A stretch of DNA of 64,000 bases, from contig WGCW01000044.1 in assembly GCA_015493585.1 (NCBI GenBank), positions 2,788 through 66,787 of the forward strand. Direction: 5' to 3'. The DNA comes from Acidobacteriota bacterium (GTDB lineage Bacteria; Acidobacteriota; Thermoanaerobaculia; Thermoanaerobaculales; Sulfomarinibacteraceae). Shown in pieces: positions 9,243-19,379 of the stretch. The stretch's first letter is position 1, and each line of letters opens with the position of its first letter. Under the pieces are notes generated by a model. That model was not told where the DNA came from. It saw only the letters and a list, made by a program, of their open reading frames with translations, and made no database searches. Made by a program: the position numbers and the translations under genes.

Positions 9243-10538
9243 ATGACGGTGGAGAGCAACGGCTTTGGCTGGGAACGGCGCAGTGGGCCCCGAGTGCCGC
9301 TCTCGGGCGAGCTCGTGATCTTCGTCGAGAGTACCGGCCAGTTCCTCGAACGGCATGGAAAAGATATTTCCGAGGGGGGGATGTTCCTCGAAAGCCCTGC
9401 GCCTCCTCCTCCAGGAACCCGTCTGCGCTTCCTGATTCAACCATCTGGAGGTTCGGGGCTGATCCGGGGGCTTGCCGAGGTCGCCTGGCGGCGTCAGGAG
9501 GCCGAGGGACCGGACCGCCCGGCCGGCATGGGCCTGCGCTTCCTCAGCATGAACCCCGAGGGCCAGGCGTTGATCCGCCGGCTGGTCGCCGAGCGCGCTG
9601 GGACTCCTCCTCCGGCGATACAGCCAGAACCTGAGCTCGAAGAACCATTTCCCGTCGAGCCTGAGCCGGTTCCTCCCTCGTCCCACCCCGCCGAGGATGT
9701 CTTCGAAGAGGCTCCATCACAGTCCGCACCAGAACCCGCCGTCGAAGAGGAGGAGCCTGAGGAGCCGGAGACGCTCCTCGATCGGCCGCTCCCCGAGATC
9801 GGCCGGCCGTTCGGGTACGACGAGCATCAAGCCTCCCGGCGCCGCAGGAAGGTCCGGCTCATGACAGCCATGATCATCCTCGGCATCGTCGTCTTGGCCG
9901 GTCTCGCGGCGTGGTACATGGGGTGGTTGGGCTCCACTGGTGTAGCGCTCAGAACCGTGACGGCACACCGGGAGGTTGCGCAGCGGGGATCGAACATGAC
10001 AGGCGTGACGACGGCGGAGCGGATGCCGCCGGCATCCGCCACACCTGCAGCAGCCCCGGCGGCTGGCCCAACCGCCTCTGCCCCGGCGGCCGCGGCCCCA
10101 ACATCGACACCAATGCCCACCGCAACGGCCACACGAGGGCCGAACCCATCGCCAACCCCGGCCCGTGTTCCCACGCCGCCGCCTCCCCCGCCGCCGGCAC
10201 ATGCAATTCGCTCGATCCGGTGGGCCCGGTTTTCGGGGGGCACGACCGTTCGCATCGTCCCGGCAGGCGCGTTGACGCCGGGGCAGGTGCATCTCGTTCG
10301 GCTCGACGATCCTCCCCGTGTGCTCGTGCGCATCCGCGGCATCCGGTCGCCCTACCCAAAGCCGGTGATCCAGGTTGGAACTTCGGAGCTTCAGAGGATG
10401 CGCGTTTGGCTGCACCGAGAGCTCTCGCCCCCCGAGCTCTACGTCGTACTCGATCTGAAACGGGCGGGCCTTGGTGTGACGGAGCACCTGAAGCGGAGCA
10501 CGATCATCGTCACGCTGAGCCGGCCGCGCGCCCGCTAG
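9243..10538 (+). CDS. PilZ-domain membrane protein with Pro/Ala-rich linker and C-terminal AMIN-like domain
   Basis: RRSGPR (RxxxR) and DISEGG (DxSxxG) c-di-GMP motifs; one TM helix (LMTAMIILGIVVLAGLAAWY); C-terminal LDDPPRVLVRI resembles AMIN. Confidence 0.75.
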   Translation: MTVESNGFGWERRSGPRVPLSGELVIFVESTGQFLERHGKDISEGGMFLESPAPPPPGTRLRFLIQPSGGSGLIRGLAEVAWRRQEAEGPDRPAGMGLRFLSMNPEGQALIRRLVAERAGTPPPAIQPEPELEEPFPVEPEPVPPSSHPAEDVFEEAPSQSAPEPAVEEEEPEEPETLLDRPLPEIGRPFGYDEHQASRRRRKVRLMTAMIILGIVVLAGLAAWYMGWLGSTGVALRTVTAHREVAQRGSNMTGVTTAERMPPASATPAAAPAAGPTASAPAAAAPTSTPMPTATATRGPNPSPTPARVPTPPPPPPPAHAIRSIRWARFSGGTTVRIVPAGALTPGQVHLVRLDDPPRVLVRIRGIRSPYPKPVIQVGTSELQRMRVWLHRELSPPELYVVLDLKRAGLGVTEHLKRSTIIVTLSRPRAR

Positions 10539-10607
10539 CCGGCGCGTGCGCACCACGTGTTCCGCTGGCCGCATGGTAGAATCTGCGCCGCTGGGAGTGG
10601 AGGACGT

Positions 10608-11927
10608 ATGCCACAGTTGAACCCCGGGGAGCTCGAAATCGACCTGTTTTGTAAGGGTCTGAAGATTGATCCATCGTGCCGGCTCGACCGGGATGCGCGC
10701 CTGTTTGCGAGGACCCGTGCCGGTCTGGGGTCCGGGCTTGAGATCGTCATTCCGGGGGATCTCAAAGATATCTGGATGAACGTTCCGGTCGAGGAGGATT
10801 TCTGCGCCCTGTCTCCCTACGTCATGCGGTTTACCGAGATGCTCGGCTACCACGTCGTCGACACCCGGTCCGGCCAGACGTACAGCGTCGAGATCCCAGA
10901 GACGCCGTCGTGGTACGAACGGAAGACATCGTCCGGTGTTCCCATGTCTCGCATCGGCGTGCTGCAGGGCACGTACCTCGGCATCTACATCTCGGAGGCG
11001 TGCATGTTCTGGACGCCTCAGGAGAACGCGAACTGCAAGTTCTGCACGTCCGGCGTCAACGTCGGCGTCAACGAGCTGACGCGGAAGCGGGTTCGTGACG
11101 TCGTCGAGGTCGCCCGTGCGGCCAAGGAAGAGTCCGGTGTCACGTTCACCCACTTCAACGCCGGGTATCAATGGGAAGACATGCCGGAGCACACGCGGGC
11201 GCACGGTCTCAACCGTGCGGCGCCGTTCGTCAAGGCGGTCCGCGAGGAGGTTGGCGGCTTCATCGGCGTCCAGGTCGCACCGGTCTTACCCCGTGATCAC
11301 TGGAAATACGACTGGTTGACCGAGCTGGGCACTGACCACTTCTCGTTCTGCTACGAGTTCCACAACCCGGAGTACTTCAAGAAGTTCTGTCCGGGCAAGT
11401 ACGGACACTTGGGGCAAGATGCCTTCTTCCGCGCCCTGGAGTACACGTCCAAGCTCCTCGGCAAAGGGAAGGTCTCCGGAGAGATCATCGCGGGCCTCGA
11501 ACCGATCGAGGACACGCTCAAGGCGATCGACTACATCACGTCGGCCGGTGCCTTCCCGACGGTCTGCATTTTCAGGCCGTTGATCGGCGCCGATCTCGAA
11601 CACTATCCCTCTCCTTCGTACGAGGACATGCGGCGCGTCTTCGAGCACATGTGGCGTGCGATGGTCCGGAACAAGATTCCGATCGAAATCGTCCCGAACA
11701 TCGAGGTCAGCTTGGTCGTCCAGCCCGGCGATGCCGCCTATCTCGTGCCCAGGGACCGCACGTGGAAGGCGTACCGGCGGCGGAATGCCATGCTGAGAAA
11801 ACTCGCCAAGCCGGTGGTCTGGTGGAAGATGAAGCCACATCCGGTCAAGGCCTCCGCTACTGACCATCCGAAGCTTCCGCCGGCTCCATCTGCCGCGCCG
11901 AAACCCGGGTCCGAGGCAGCGGCGTGA
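10608..11927 (+). CDS. Radical SAM protein (biotin-synthase-related / MSMEG_0568-like), CX10CX2C motif
   Basis: CMFWTPQENANCKFC; later FCPGK, IIAGLE, FRPLIG. ATG at 10608 follows GGAGG (track start 10557 is probably too long). Confidence 0.8.
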   Translation: MPQLNPGELEIDLFCKGLKIDPSCRLDRDARLFARTRAGLGSGLEIVIPGDLKDIWMNVPVEEDFCALSPYVMRFTEMLGYHVVDTRSGQTYSVEIPETPSWYERKTSSGVPMSRIGVLQGTYLGIYISEACMFWTPQENANCKFCTSGVNVGVNELTRKRVRDVVEVARAAKEESGVTFTHFNAGYQWEDMPEHTRAHGLNRAAPFVKAVREEVGGFIGVQVAPVLPRDHWKYDWLTELGTDHFSFCYEFHNPEYFKKFCPGKYGHLGQDAFFRALEYTSKLLGKGKVSGEIIAGLEPIEDTLKAIDYITSAGAFPTVCIFRPLIGADLEHYPSPSYEDMRRVFEHMWRAMVRNKIPIEIVPNIEVSLVVQPGDAAYLVPRDRTWKAYRRRNAMLRKLAKPVVWWKMKPHPVKASATDHPKLPPAPSAAPKPGSEAAA

Positions 11928-12355
11928 TCGTCAACATCACGGACGAGGGTGTCGAAGACGCGATGGCCACTGCCGCCGCGTTACCTGGCGGGCTGGACGT
12001 CTGGCGCCGTTTGCGCGATGGATCCGAACCTTTTCTGATCATTCCGGGCCGGACCGGCCTCGAGTGGGGCGTCGACAACCGGATCAAGGACGCGCCGAAC
12101 CGGGCACGGCTCAAGCTGTTCGTTCCGGAAGGCCGGGCCGGCCTCGTCGTCCTTGTGGCGTTCAAGATTTCGCAGATCGCTTGGTCCCGCGACCGGTACG
12201 CCTACGGTGTGTGGGAAATCCCCGTTTCCGGTGGGAAGGCCACCCCAGATCCCGCCCATCTCGAGGCGTGGATTGCGTTTCAGCTGGCCGGCTTCCATCC
12301 GGAGCGCCGCCCGGAAACCTTGATCCGTCAGATCAGCTACGATATCCCCGATTGA
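11924..12355 (+). CDS. Hypothetical protein translationally coupled to the radical SAM gene
   Basis: GTGA start/stop overlap at 11924-11927; coding-like codon usage; 143 aa. Confidence 0.7.
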   Translation: MIVNITDEGVEDAMATAAALPGGLDVWRRLRDGSEPFLIIPGRTGLEWGVDNRIKDAPNRARLKLFVPEGRAGLVVLVAFKISQIAWSRDRYAYGVWEIPVSGGKATPDPAHLEAWIAFQLAGFHPERRPETLIRQISYDIPD

Positions 12356-12377
12356 GATCAAGAACCGCCGCTGGCCG

Positions 12378-13736
12378 TCATCCGGCTGACGATGGCCGCA
12401 GCAGGCCGGCAAGATCGGACACGCGGGCGATGGGGATCGTGCCGGCGTTCGTGTCCGCCGTGCCCTGCCGGGCGGGGATCGCGAAGCGTCCAAACCCCAT
12501 TGCGGCCGCTTCACGCAGCCGGTCTTCAGCGCGGCTGACGGCGCGCACCTCTCCCAGCAGCCCGATCTCGCCGAAGATGGCCAGGTCCTCGGGGAGAGGA
12601 CGATCCGCTGCAGACGACAGCAGCGCCGCCGTCACGGCGAGGTCGAGCGCGGGCTCCCGCAGCGACAACCCGCCGACGATGTTGACGAAGACATCCCGCT
12701 CGCCGAACGCAGCCCCCGTGGTGCGCTCCGCCACGGCGAGGAGCAGCGCCAGCCGGGATGGATCAAATCCCTGTGCGACACGGCGCGGGGTCCCCAGGCG
12801 TGACGGCGTCACCAGCGCCTGGACCTCGACGAGCAACGGTGAGGTTCCCTCGATCGCGACGGCGACGGCCGATCCGGGCGCACCGGCTTGCCGGTCGTCG
12901 AGCAGCCAGGCCGAGGGGTTGTGGACCTCCTCGAGGCCGTGACCGGTCATCGAGAAGAGGGCGAGCTCTGCGACCGTGCCGAAACGGTTCTTGCCCGCCC
13001 GGAGGATGCGCAGATCGTGACCCGGTTCCCCGTCCATCGAGAGCACGACGTCGACGAGGTGCTCGAGCAGCTTGGGACCGGCGATCATCCCCGCCTTGGT
13101 AACGTGGCCGGCGAGCAGAACGGGGACATCCGTTGTTTTCGCCAGCTCCTGGAAACGGGCGGCGGCCTGACGGACCTGGCCGACGGAGCCCGCCGGGGCG
13201 TCGATCTCGTCGACCGTCATCGTCTGAATCGAGTCGACGATGACGGCGGCCGGGCTCATGCCGTCGAGCCGTCCGAGCACCGCCGAGCAGGAGGTCTCCG
13301 GCAGGAGGAGCACCTCAGGGTGATCAACGCCGAGACGCCGCGCGCGCATGGCCACCTGTTGGGCCGACTCCTCGCCGCTGACGTAGAGGACCGGTGAGCT
13401 GGAGCCGGCAAGCTGGCCCGCCATCTGAAGCATGAACGTTGACTTGCCGATGCCCGGTGCTCCGGCCAGCAGCACGATCGAGCCCGCAACGAGCCCGCCG
13501 CCCAACACGCGATCCAGGCCTTCGATGTGCGTTGGCCTGCGGACCTGGACCTGGGCTGCAGCTTGATTGACCGGAATGGGCGTGACCGCATCCCGGCGGG
13601 TCCGCGAGGCCCGCCCTTTCTTCGAAGGCTCTGGAGCTGCTGCGAAGCTGTTCCAGGCGCCGCACCCAGGGCAGCGTCCAAGCCACTTTCGCGACTCGTA
13701 GCCGCACTCGGTGCAGAAGTAGAGCTCCCGGCTCAC
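12378..13736 (-). CDS. radA: DNA repair protein RadA/Sms
   Basis: CTECG...WLGRCPGCGAWNS zinc finger; GAPGIGKST Walker A; KNRFG motif; Lon-like C-terminus. Confidence 0.97.
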   Translation of the reverse strand: MSRELYFCTECGYESRKWLGRCPGCGAWNSFAAAPEPSKKGRASRTRRDAVTPIPVNQAAAQVQVRRPTHIEGLDRVLGGGLVAGSIVLLAGAPGIGKSTFMLQMAGQLAGSSSPVLYVSGEESAQQVAMRARRLGVDHPEVLLLPETSCSAVLGRLDGMSPAAVIVDSIQTMTVDEIDAPAGSVGQVRQAAARFQELAKTTDVPVLLAGHVTKAGMIAGPKLLEHLVDVVLSMDGEPGHDLRILRAGKNRFGTVAELALFSMTGHGLEEVHNPSAWLLDDRQAGAPGSAVAVAIEGTSPLLVEVQALVTPSRLGTPRRVAQGFDPSRLALLLAVAERTTGAAFGERDVFVNIVGGLSLREPALDLAVTAALLSSAADRPLPEDLAIFGEIGLLGEVRAVSRAEDRLREAAAMGFGRFAIPARQGTADTNAGTIPIARVSDLAGLLRPSSAG

Positions 13737-13742
13737 CCGGCG

Positions 13743-15227
13743 TCAGAAGCCCTTGCCCGCCAGGCCAAGCATGTACTTCATGTCTTCATCGGTCCAGGTC
13801 AATCCGGCGCCAAGCAAGATACTCGAGTGCGCGGCGTACGTCGGATCGTCCCAGCCAGCCGTCAGGAACATGTTCCGGTTGAGGTAGAACCGGCTCTCGA
13901 ACCGGATGTGTGGCGAGTTGCTCTCCTTGCGGCTAAAGTCCCACGCTTCGAGGCTGAGCCGCATCGGGTGGTGGAGCACGGTGATGTTCTGATCGATGCC
14001 AACCCCGCCACGCGACTCGAAAAGACCTGCACGAACGATGGTGTTGGGGAGTAAACGGTACCCCATTTGCGCGTTGAACGCACTGGAGTACTCGTCCTGT
14101 TTGGTCGTCGTCCTGGTGTAGGTCTCGCTATGGCCGTTGCCGTAATCCGTCGTGACCGTTTCCACCTTCGTCTTGAGCCGTCCAAACGGCGGATCAACGT
14201 ACTCGATCCGGAAGAATCGCCGTTGATCGGTCCACAGATCGAAGCCGAAGGTCGAACGCGATTCGCTGACGTTCGGCAACGATTCTCCAGACAGCGTCAT
14301 GTTGAGGTGATAGCGTTGGAAACGTCCAACGGTATTCTGGAACGTCTTGACACCGCCCTGAATCGACTTCAACGTATCGTTGACATTGTCCACGGTGGTA
14401 TCGTCGTTGATCAGCTTGCCGATGCTCCCCTGTCCTTTGGCGATCTTGGTCGTGATGGTGTTGAGGTTGTTCGCCGTCACCTTGAGCCGGGCCGTCAGGT
14501 CACGGATATTGTCGATCGAATCGTGCACGCCGGGACGGTTCTCCTCGACGGTCCGGTCGAGGGCGTCGGCGAGCTTGGCGATCTTGTCGGCCAGCCTTGG
14601 CAGCTCCTGTTTGAGCTCAGCCGAAAAGTCGCGGAAGTTCGCGGTCGTCGCGCCGACGTTGGCCTGATTGGCCTTGATCAGATCCTTGAGCGAGGCGGTG
14701 AGCTCCCGGACATTGTCGATGATCTCATCGAGCTTTTCGGCGCCCTGCTGGCCGCCGATCGACTGCCGGAGGGCAAAGGTGACCTGTTTGACATCGTCGC
14801 CGATCGCTGAGGCCTTTTGCAGCACGTCATCGAAGCTGGGAGCCGCCACACCGTTGAGCGGCGTCCCGGGCTGAAGCAACGGTGCGTTTGGATTGCCCGG
14901 CAAGACCTCGACGTACTTGTCACCGAGCATGCCCAGACTGACGATCCTGGCAGACGCGCCTTGGTGTAACCGGACATCAGGATCGAGCGAGAGAATCAGC
15001 TCGGCCCGGCCGTCCTTGAGGAAGATCCTCGTGACCTTGCCCACGCGGACCCCTGCGATGCGGACGTCGGATTTCTTGTCGACGCCCGCGACCGATGGAA
15101 AGTAGGCGCTGACGACCTGCCGGTGCCCCCGTTCTCCAATCGGAATGTCCTGAATCTTGATGATGAAGATTCCAAGGATGATCAAGCCGATAAGCATGAA
15201 GAGGCCAATTTTTGCAGCTGGAGTCAT
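13743..15227 (-). CDS. mlaD: MlaD/MCE-family lipid transport protein with long helical region and beta-rich C-terminus
   Basis: N-terminal TM; VRIAGVRVGKV and LGDKYVEVLPG MCE motifs; GSIGKLIND. Confidence 0.85.
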   Translation of the reverse strand: MTPAAKIGLFMLIGLIILGIFIIKIQDIPIGERGHRQVVSAYFPSVAGVDKKSDVRIAGVRVGKVTRIFLKDGRAELILSLDPDVRLHQGASARIVSLGMLGDKYVEVLPGNPNAPLLQPGTPLNGVAAPSFDDVLQKASAIGDDVKQVTFALRQSIGGQQGAEKLDEIIDNVRELTASLKDLIKANQANVGATTANFRDFSAELKQELPRLADKIAKLADALDRTVEENRPGVHDSIDNIRDLTARLKVTANNLNTITTKIAKGQGSIGKLINDDTTVDNVNDTLKSIQGGVKTFQNTVGRFQRYHLNMTLSGESLPNVSESRSTFGFDLWTDQRRFFRIEYVDPPFGRLKTKVETVTTDYGNGHSETYTRTTTKQDEYSSAFNAQMGYRLLPNTIVRAGLFESRGGVGIDQNITVLHHPMRLSLEAWDFSRKESNSPHIRFESRFYLNRNMFLTAGWDDPTYAAHSSILLGAGLTWTDEDMKYMLGLAGKGF

Positions 15228-16006
15228 ACGAAGTCCTCCTCATCTGCGGGGATCTCCCCGTTGAGAAATGCCTGGACGTATGGATCTGGATTCTGCCGGA
15301 ACTCGTCCGGCGAGCCCTCGGCGATGATGACCCCGTGACGAATCATCGCGAGGCGGTCCGCAATGCCAAACGCGAGGTTGAGATCGTGCGTGATCGTTAC
15401 CGCCGTGACACCAAGCTGGTCGTGCATGTGCCTGATGACGCGGGCGATCGCCGCCGTATTGATCGGATCGAGCCCCGTGGTCGGCTCATCGAAGAGGAGG
15501 ATCTCAGGTTTCAGAGCGATCGCCCTGGCGAATCCAACCCTCCGGCGCATGCCTCCTGAGAGCTCTGCTGGGAACTTGTCCTCGATCCCCTCCATACGCA
15601 CGAGACTCAAGCACTCGTGAACCCTGTCAGCAACCTCGTCCTCGGACCAGCGCGTGTGCCGGCGGATGGGGAAGGCGATATTGTCGAACACGTTCATCGA
15701 GTCAAAGAGCGCACCCTCCTGGAAGCTCATTCCGATGTGTTTGCGGAGCTCGAGGCATTCGGAGGCCGGCGCGATCGTGATGTCGATGCCTTCGACGATG
15801 ACGTTGCCTTCATCCGGCTGGAGCAAGCCGATCAGGTGTTTGAGGAAGACGCTCTTCCCGGCGCCAGAGGCACCAAGGATGACGAGCGACTCTCCCGGAT
15901 AGATGTCGAGATCGATGTCGCGCAGCACATGCTTCTCGCCGAACGATTTCTTCAACCCAATCACGCTGATGATCGGTTTCGGCGTTGTGGATGCCTGTAC
16001 GGCCAT
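15224..16006 (-). CDS. mlaF: MlaF-family ABC ATPase
   Basis: GASGAGKS, FQEGALFDSMNV, LSGGMRRRV, FDEPTTGLDP; lies between mlaE and mlaD. Confidence 0.9.
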   Translation of the reverse strand: MAVQASTTPKPIISVIGLKKSFGEKHVLRDIDLDIYPGESLVILGASGAGKSVFLKHLIGLLQPDEGNVIVEGIDITIAPASECLELRKHIGMSFQEGALFDSMNVFDNIAFPIRRHTRWSEDEVADRVHECLSLVRMEGIEDKFPAELSGGMRRRVGFARAIALKPEILLFDEPTTGLDPINTAAIARVIRHMHDQLGVTAVTITHDLNLAFGIADRLAMIRHGVIIAEGSPDEFRQNPDPYVQAFLNGEIPADEEDFV

Positions 16007-16015
16007 CGTTCCCCC

Positions 16016-16786
16016 TTAGAACAGGATCTTGGTCAGGAAGAAATCTGACAAGAGAATCGAAAGCGAGCCCATGACGACGGCGTTGGTGGTCGACCGGCCC
16101 ACCCCCTCCGCACCCCCGCTCGTGTAGAACCCCTTCGTGCACCCGGTGACGGCCAGGATCAGGCCGAAGAATGCCGCCTTGATCAGGCCGGAGGTAACGT
16201 CGTTGACCTCCAGGTACTGGAACGTGCTGTGCCAGTACTGCACGGTATTGGCGTGGAAGAGACCGACGGCAACGAGCCATCCGCCAACGATGCCGATGGC
16301 GTCACCAACCAACACCAGGAGCGGGAGCATGAAAAAGCTCGCGCCGACCCGGGGGACGATCAGGTAGTGAATCGGCTCGGTCGCCATCGCGTAGAGGGCA
16401 TCGACCTGTTCGGTGACACGCATCGTCCCCAGCTCGGCCGCAAGCGATGATCCGATTCTCCCGGCGACCATCAGGCCGACGAGCACCGGCCCAAGCTCGC
16501 GGGTCATCGACAGGGCGACGACCGAACCGACAAACCCTTCGGCATGGAAGCGTTCGAATCCCCGGTACGTCTGCAGGGCGAGGACCATCCCCGTGAACAT
16601 CGTCGTCAGGAAGATGACGGGAATGGAGTCATATCCAACACGGACCATCTGCCGGAGCCACTCGGCAAAATCGAACGGCCGCCGCACCGACCACAGGAGT
16701 GTTTGGGCCAGGATATTGAAAAAACGCCCGATCTCCTCGAGGACGTCGATGAACCAGCGTCCTAGGCTGTCCAGCCATCCCATCAT
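16016..16786 (-). CDS. mlaE: MlaE-family ABC permease
   Basis: RELGPVL.GLMVAGRIGS..AAELGTMRVTEQVDAL, GAEGVGRSTT; start placed at MMGWLDSLG (16786). Confidence 0.92.
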   Translation of the reverse strand: MMGWLDSLGRWFIDVLEEIGRFFNILAQTLLWSVRRPFDFAEWLRQMVRVGYDSIPVIFLTTMFTGMVLALQTYRGFERFHAEGFVGSVVALSMTRELGPVLVGLMVAGRIGSSLAAELGTMRVTEQVDALYAMATEPIHYLIVPRVGASFFMLPLLVLVGDAIGIVGGWLVAVGLFHANTVQYWHSTFQYLEVNDVTSGLIKAAFFGLILAVTGCTKGFYTSGGAEGVGRSTTNAVVMGSLSILLSDFFLTKILF

Positions 16787-16802
16787 CGTGCTGTTCTCCC
16801 GT

Positions 16803-18188
16803 TCACCACGGTTCTCCCTCGCTCTCCTGCGGCATCGCAGCGTTTTCGAAACGCGTGTACTCGTGCTGAAAGACCAGGTCGATCTCACCGATCGGACCGT
16901 TGCGCTGTTTGGCAATGATCAACTGGGCCAAGCGCCGTTGCTCGACGTCCTGATCGTAGACCGACGGCCGGACGATGAACATCACGACGTCCGCATCCTG
17001 CTCGATGCTCCCGGATTCCCTGAGGTCAGAGAGTTGCGGCCGATGGTCGCCACCGCGCCGGTCGGGCTGGCGGGAAAGCTGTGAGAGCACCAGCAGCGGA
17101 ACGTCGAGCTCTTTGGCTACCGCCTTAAGCCCCCGTGAAATGGAGGAGACTTCTTCGTTCCGGTTCGAGAATCTGCCGCCGGCTGACATCAACTGAAGGT
17201 AGTCAACCATCACGAGGTCGAGCCCCCGCTCCATCTTCAGACGTCTGGCCTTTGCGGAAAGCTCGAGCACGGTGATCCCCGGCGTGTCGTCGATCCAGAT
17301 GTTCGCCTCTTCCAGCGCCTGGGCGGCCATCACCAGCTTCGTCCAGTCAGCCTTGGCCAGGTATCCCGAGGTAATCCGCTTCTGATCGACCCTGGCCTCC
17401 GCGGCGAGCATCCGCCGCACCAGCTGGTCCGCCGACATCTCAAGGGAGAAGATCGCTACCTTCTGCTTTCCCTTGAGCGCCGCGTGTGTACAGATGTTGA
17501 CGCCGAGCGACGTCTTGCCCATCGACGGCCGGGCCGCCAGGATGATCAAATCCTTCTTTTGCAGCCCCGAGGTCAGCTCGTTGACACGTTGAAAGCCGGT
17601 ATCGAGGCCGGTCAGGGTCGAGTGGGTGTCCCGAGCCTCCTTGAGCATCTGGATTTCACGCTGCGTCAATTCCCGGATAGGGACGAGACCGCCAGCCAGC
17701 GTATCTTCGGCAATCTGGTAGACCTCACGCTGAGCCGACTCAACGGCATCCTTTGCCTCCCCCTGATCGAGCGTACAGGTGGTCAGGATCTTCTGAGCTG
17801 CCGTAATCAACCGGCGTTTGACCGCCTTGTCGTGGACGATGCCGGCGTAATGCCGGACGTTCGCCACATCCGGCAAGGCATCGACCAGCGAGGAGAGGTA
17901 CGAGACGCCGCCGGCACGTTCGATCGTCCCCTCTTCCCTCATGAAATTGGTCACCGTCAAGAGATCGGCGCTCTGGCTGCGTTGATGCAACGTTTGGCAC
18001 GCTTCGTAGACGAGCCGGTGACTGTCGAGGTAAAACTCGTCCACTCGAAGCACTTCAAGGATGCTCAGCAACGCACCCGGATCCAGCAAAATGGCGCCGA
18101 GCACCGCCCGTTCCGCCTCCGGGTCGTGGGGAAGACGGGATACCTCAGTCTCTGGTGGAAGATGCGCCGGTGGAGCGATGACGTTCAT
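16803..18188 (-). CDS. dnaB: Replicative DNA helicase DnaB
   Basis: PHDPEAERAVLG, AARPSMGKT, DYLQLM, SDLRESGSIEQDAD, AKQRNGP; start at 18188 overlaps the aroB stop (ATGA); no intein. Confidence 0.97.
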   Translation of the reverse strand: MNVIAPPAHLPPETEVSRLPHDPEAERAVLGAILLDPGALLSILEVLRVDEFYLDSHRLVYEACQTLHQRSQSADLLTVTNFMREEGTIERAGGVSYLSSLVDALPDVANVRHYAGIVHDKAVKRRLITAAQKILTTCTLDQGEAKDAVESAQREVYQIAEDTLAGGLVPIRELTQREIQMLKEARDTHSTLTGLDTGFQRVNELTSGLQKKDLIILAARPSMGKTSLGVNICTHAALKGKQKVAIFSLEMSADQLVRRMLAAEARVDQKRITSGYLAKADWTKLVMAAQALEEANIWIDDTPGITVLELSAKARRLKMERGLDLVMVDYLQLMSAGGRFSNRNEEVSSISRGLKAVAKELDVPLLVLSQLSRQPDRRGGDHRPQLSDLRESGSIEQDADVVMFIVRPSVYDQDVEQRRLAQLIIAKQRNGPIGEIDLVFQHEYTRFENAAMPQESEGEPW

Positions 18189-19291
18189 AGGCGACTCATT
18201 GTACCATCCGGCCCCCGGTCCATTGACGCGTGCTGGAGCCGGAAAATGACCCGGTGCAGCTCCTCGATCGACACACGTTGATCGGGGATGACCCCATCCG
18301 TCGTCGGCAACACCCATGCGACACCGCCGGCATCAGCCTTCTTGTCGCGTGCGACAAGCTCAACGAGGCTGTCCGGATCGAGATCATCGAGCGGCGGAAG
18401 GGGACCGGCAGCGTCGAGTGCTCGTGCGAGCCTCCGCCAAGCCTCGTCCGTCATCAGGCCACGTTCGAGCGCCAGGAGCGCGGCTGCCCGGATCCCCCAG
18501 GCAACGGCCTCACCGTGGAGGAACCGCCGGTATCCCGTGGCGGTTTCCAGCGCGTGGCCAAGGGTATGCCCGAGGTTGAGGACGCGCCGCAGCCCCCGTT
18601 CCCGTTCATCCTCCCCGACCACGCGAGCTTTGACGCGAACGGCCCGGGCAATCATCCGTTCCCACTGGAGCGCGTCAGCCCGTGCGAACGGCCCCCGTGG
18701 CATCAGGTCCAACATCTCGTGATCACCGATCCATGCGGTCTTGACCGCTTCGGCCAATCCGGCGCGGAGCTCACGTGGGGGGAGCGTTTCCAGCGTGTTG
18801 ACATCGGCGACGACGAGGCTGGGCGCCCAGAACGCCCCGATGAGGTTCTTGCCCGCGTCGAGGTTGATCCCCGTCTTGCCCCCGACCGAGGCGTCGATCA
18901 TCGCCAGGAGCGTTGTTGGGACCGCAATCCAGCGAATGCCCCGCAGATAGACGGCGGCGGCAAACCCGGCGAGATCTGTTGTCACACCGCCGCCAACCGC
19001 CATCACCGTGTCGCGCCGCTGCCAGCCGAGTGAGAGCAACCACCGGCAGATCGCTTCGACCTGCGGCCATCTCTTGAAACGTTCCCCATCGGGCAGCTCG
19101 TAGATGCCAACGGCTCCCAACGAGGCCGCCGCTCGCCGGCCCCACAACGGTGCCACCGTTGTGTTCGAGATTGCTGCGATCCTCATCTCCCCGTCCACGG
19201 AACGTACCAGCTCTGGCAGGGCCTGCAGGAGATCGAAACCGATCCGCACCTCGTAGTGTCCTCGTTCCCCGGTGACGGTGATGCGTTCCAT
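18185..19291 (-). CDS. aroB: 3-dehydroquinate synthase
   Basis: GGGVTTDLAGFAAA.YLRGI, PTTLLAMIDASVGGKTGIN, LNLGHTLGHALE, HGEAV. Confidence 0.95.
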   Translation of the reverse strand: MERITVTGERGHYEVRIGFDLLQALPELVRSVDGEMRIAAISNTTVAPLWGRRAAASLGAVGIYELPDGERFKRWPQVEAICRWLLSLGWQRRDTVMAVGGGVTTDLAGFAAAVYLRGIRWIAVPTTLLAMIDASVGGKTGINLDAGKNLIGAFWAPSLVVADVNTLETLPPRELRAGLAEAVKTAWIGDHEMLDLMPRGPFARADALQWERMIARAVRVKARVVGEDERERGLRRVLNLGHTLGHALETATGYRRFLHGEAVAWGIRAAALLALERGLMTDEAWRRLARALDAAGPLPPLDDLDPDSLVELVARDKKADAGGVAWVLPTTDGVIPDQRVSIEELHRVIFRLQHASMDRGPDGTMSRL

Positions 19292-19333
19292 GCGCTCATC
19301 CTACCCCAGCGGCTCAAGCGGGTGGCGTATGCC

Positions 19334-19358
19334 AAAAAAACGGGGCCCGAAGGCCCCG
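19334..19358 (-). terminator. Intrinsic terminator of the TonB-dependent receptor gene
   Basis: Minus strand CGGGGCC-TTCG-GGCCCCG-TTTTTTT about 20 nt after the stop. Confidence 0.9.
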
Positions 19359-19379
19359 GTAGATGCGTTGGGAAAGTCT

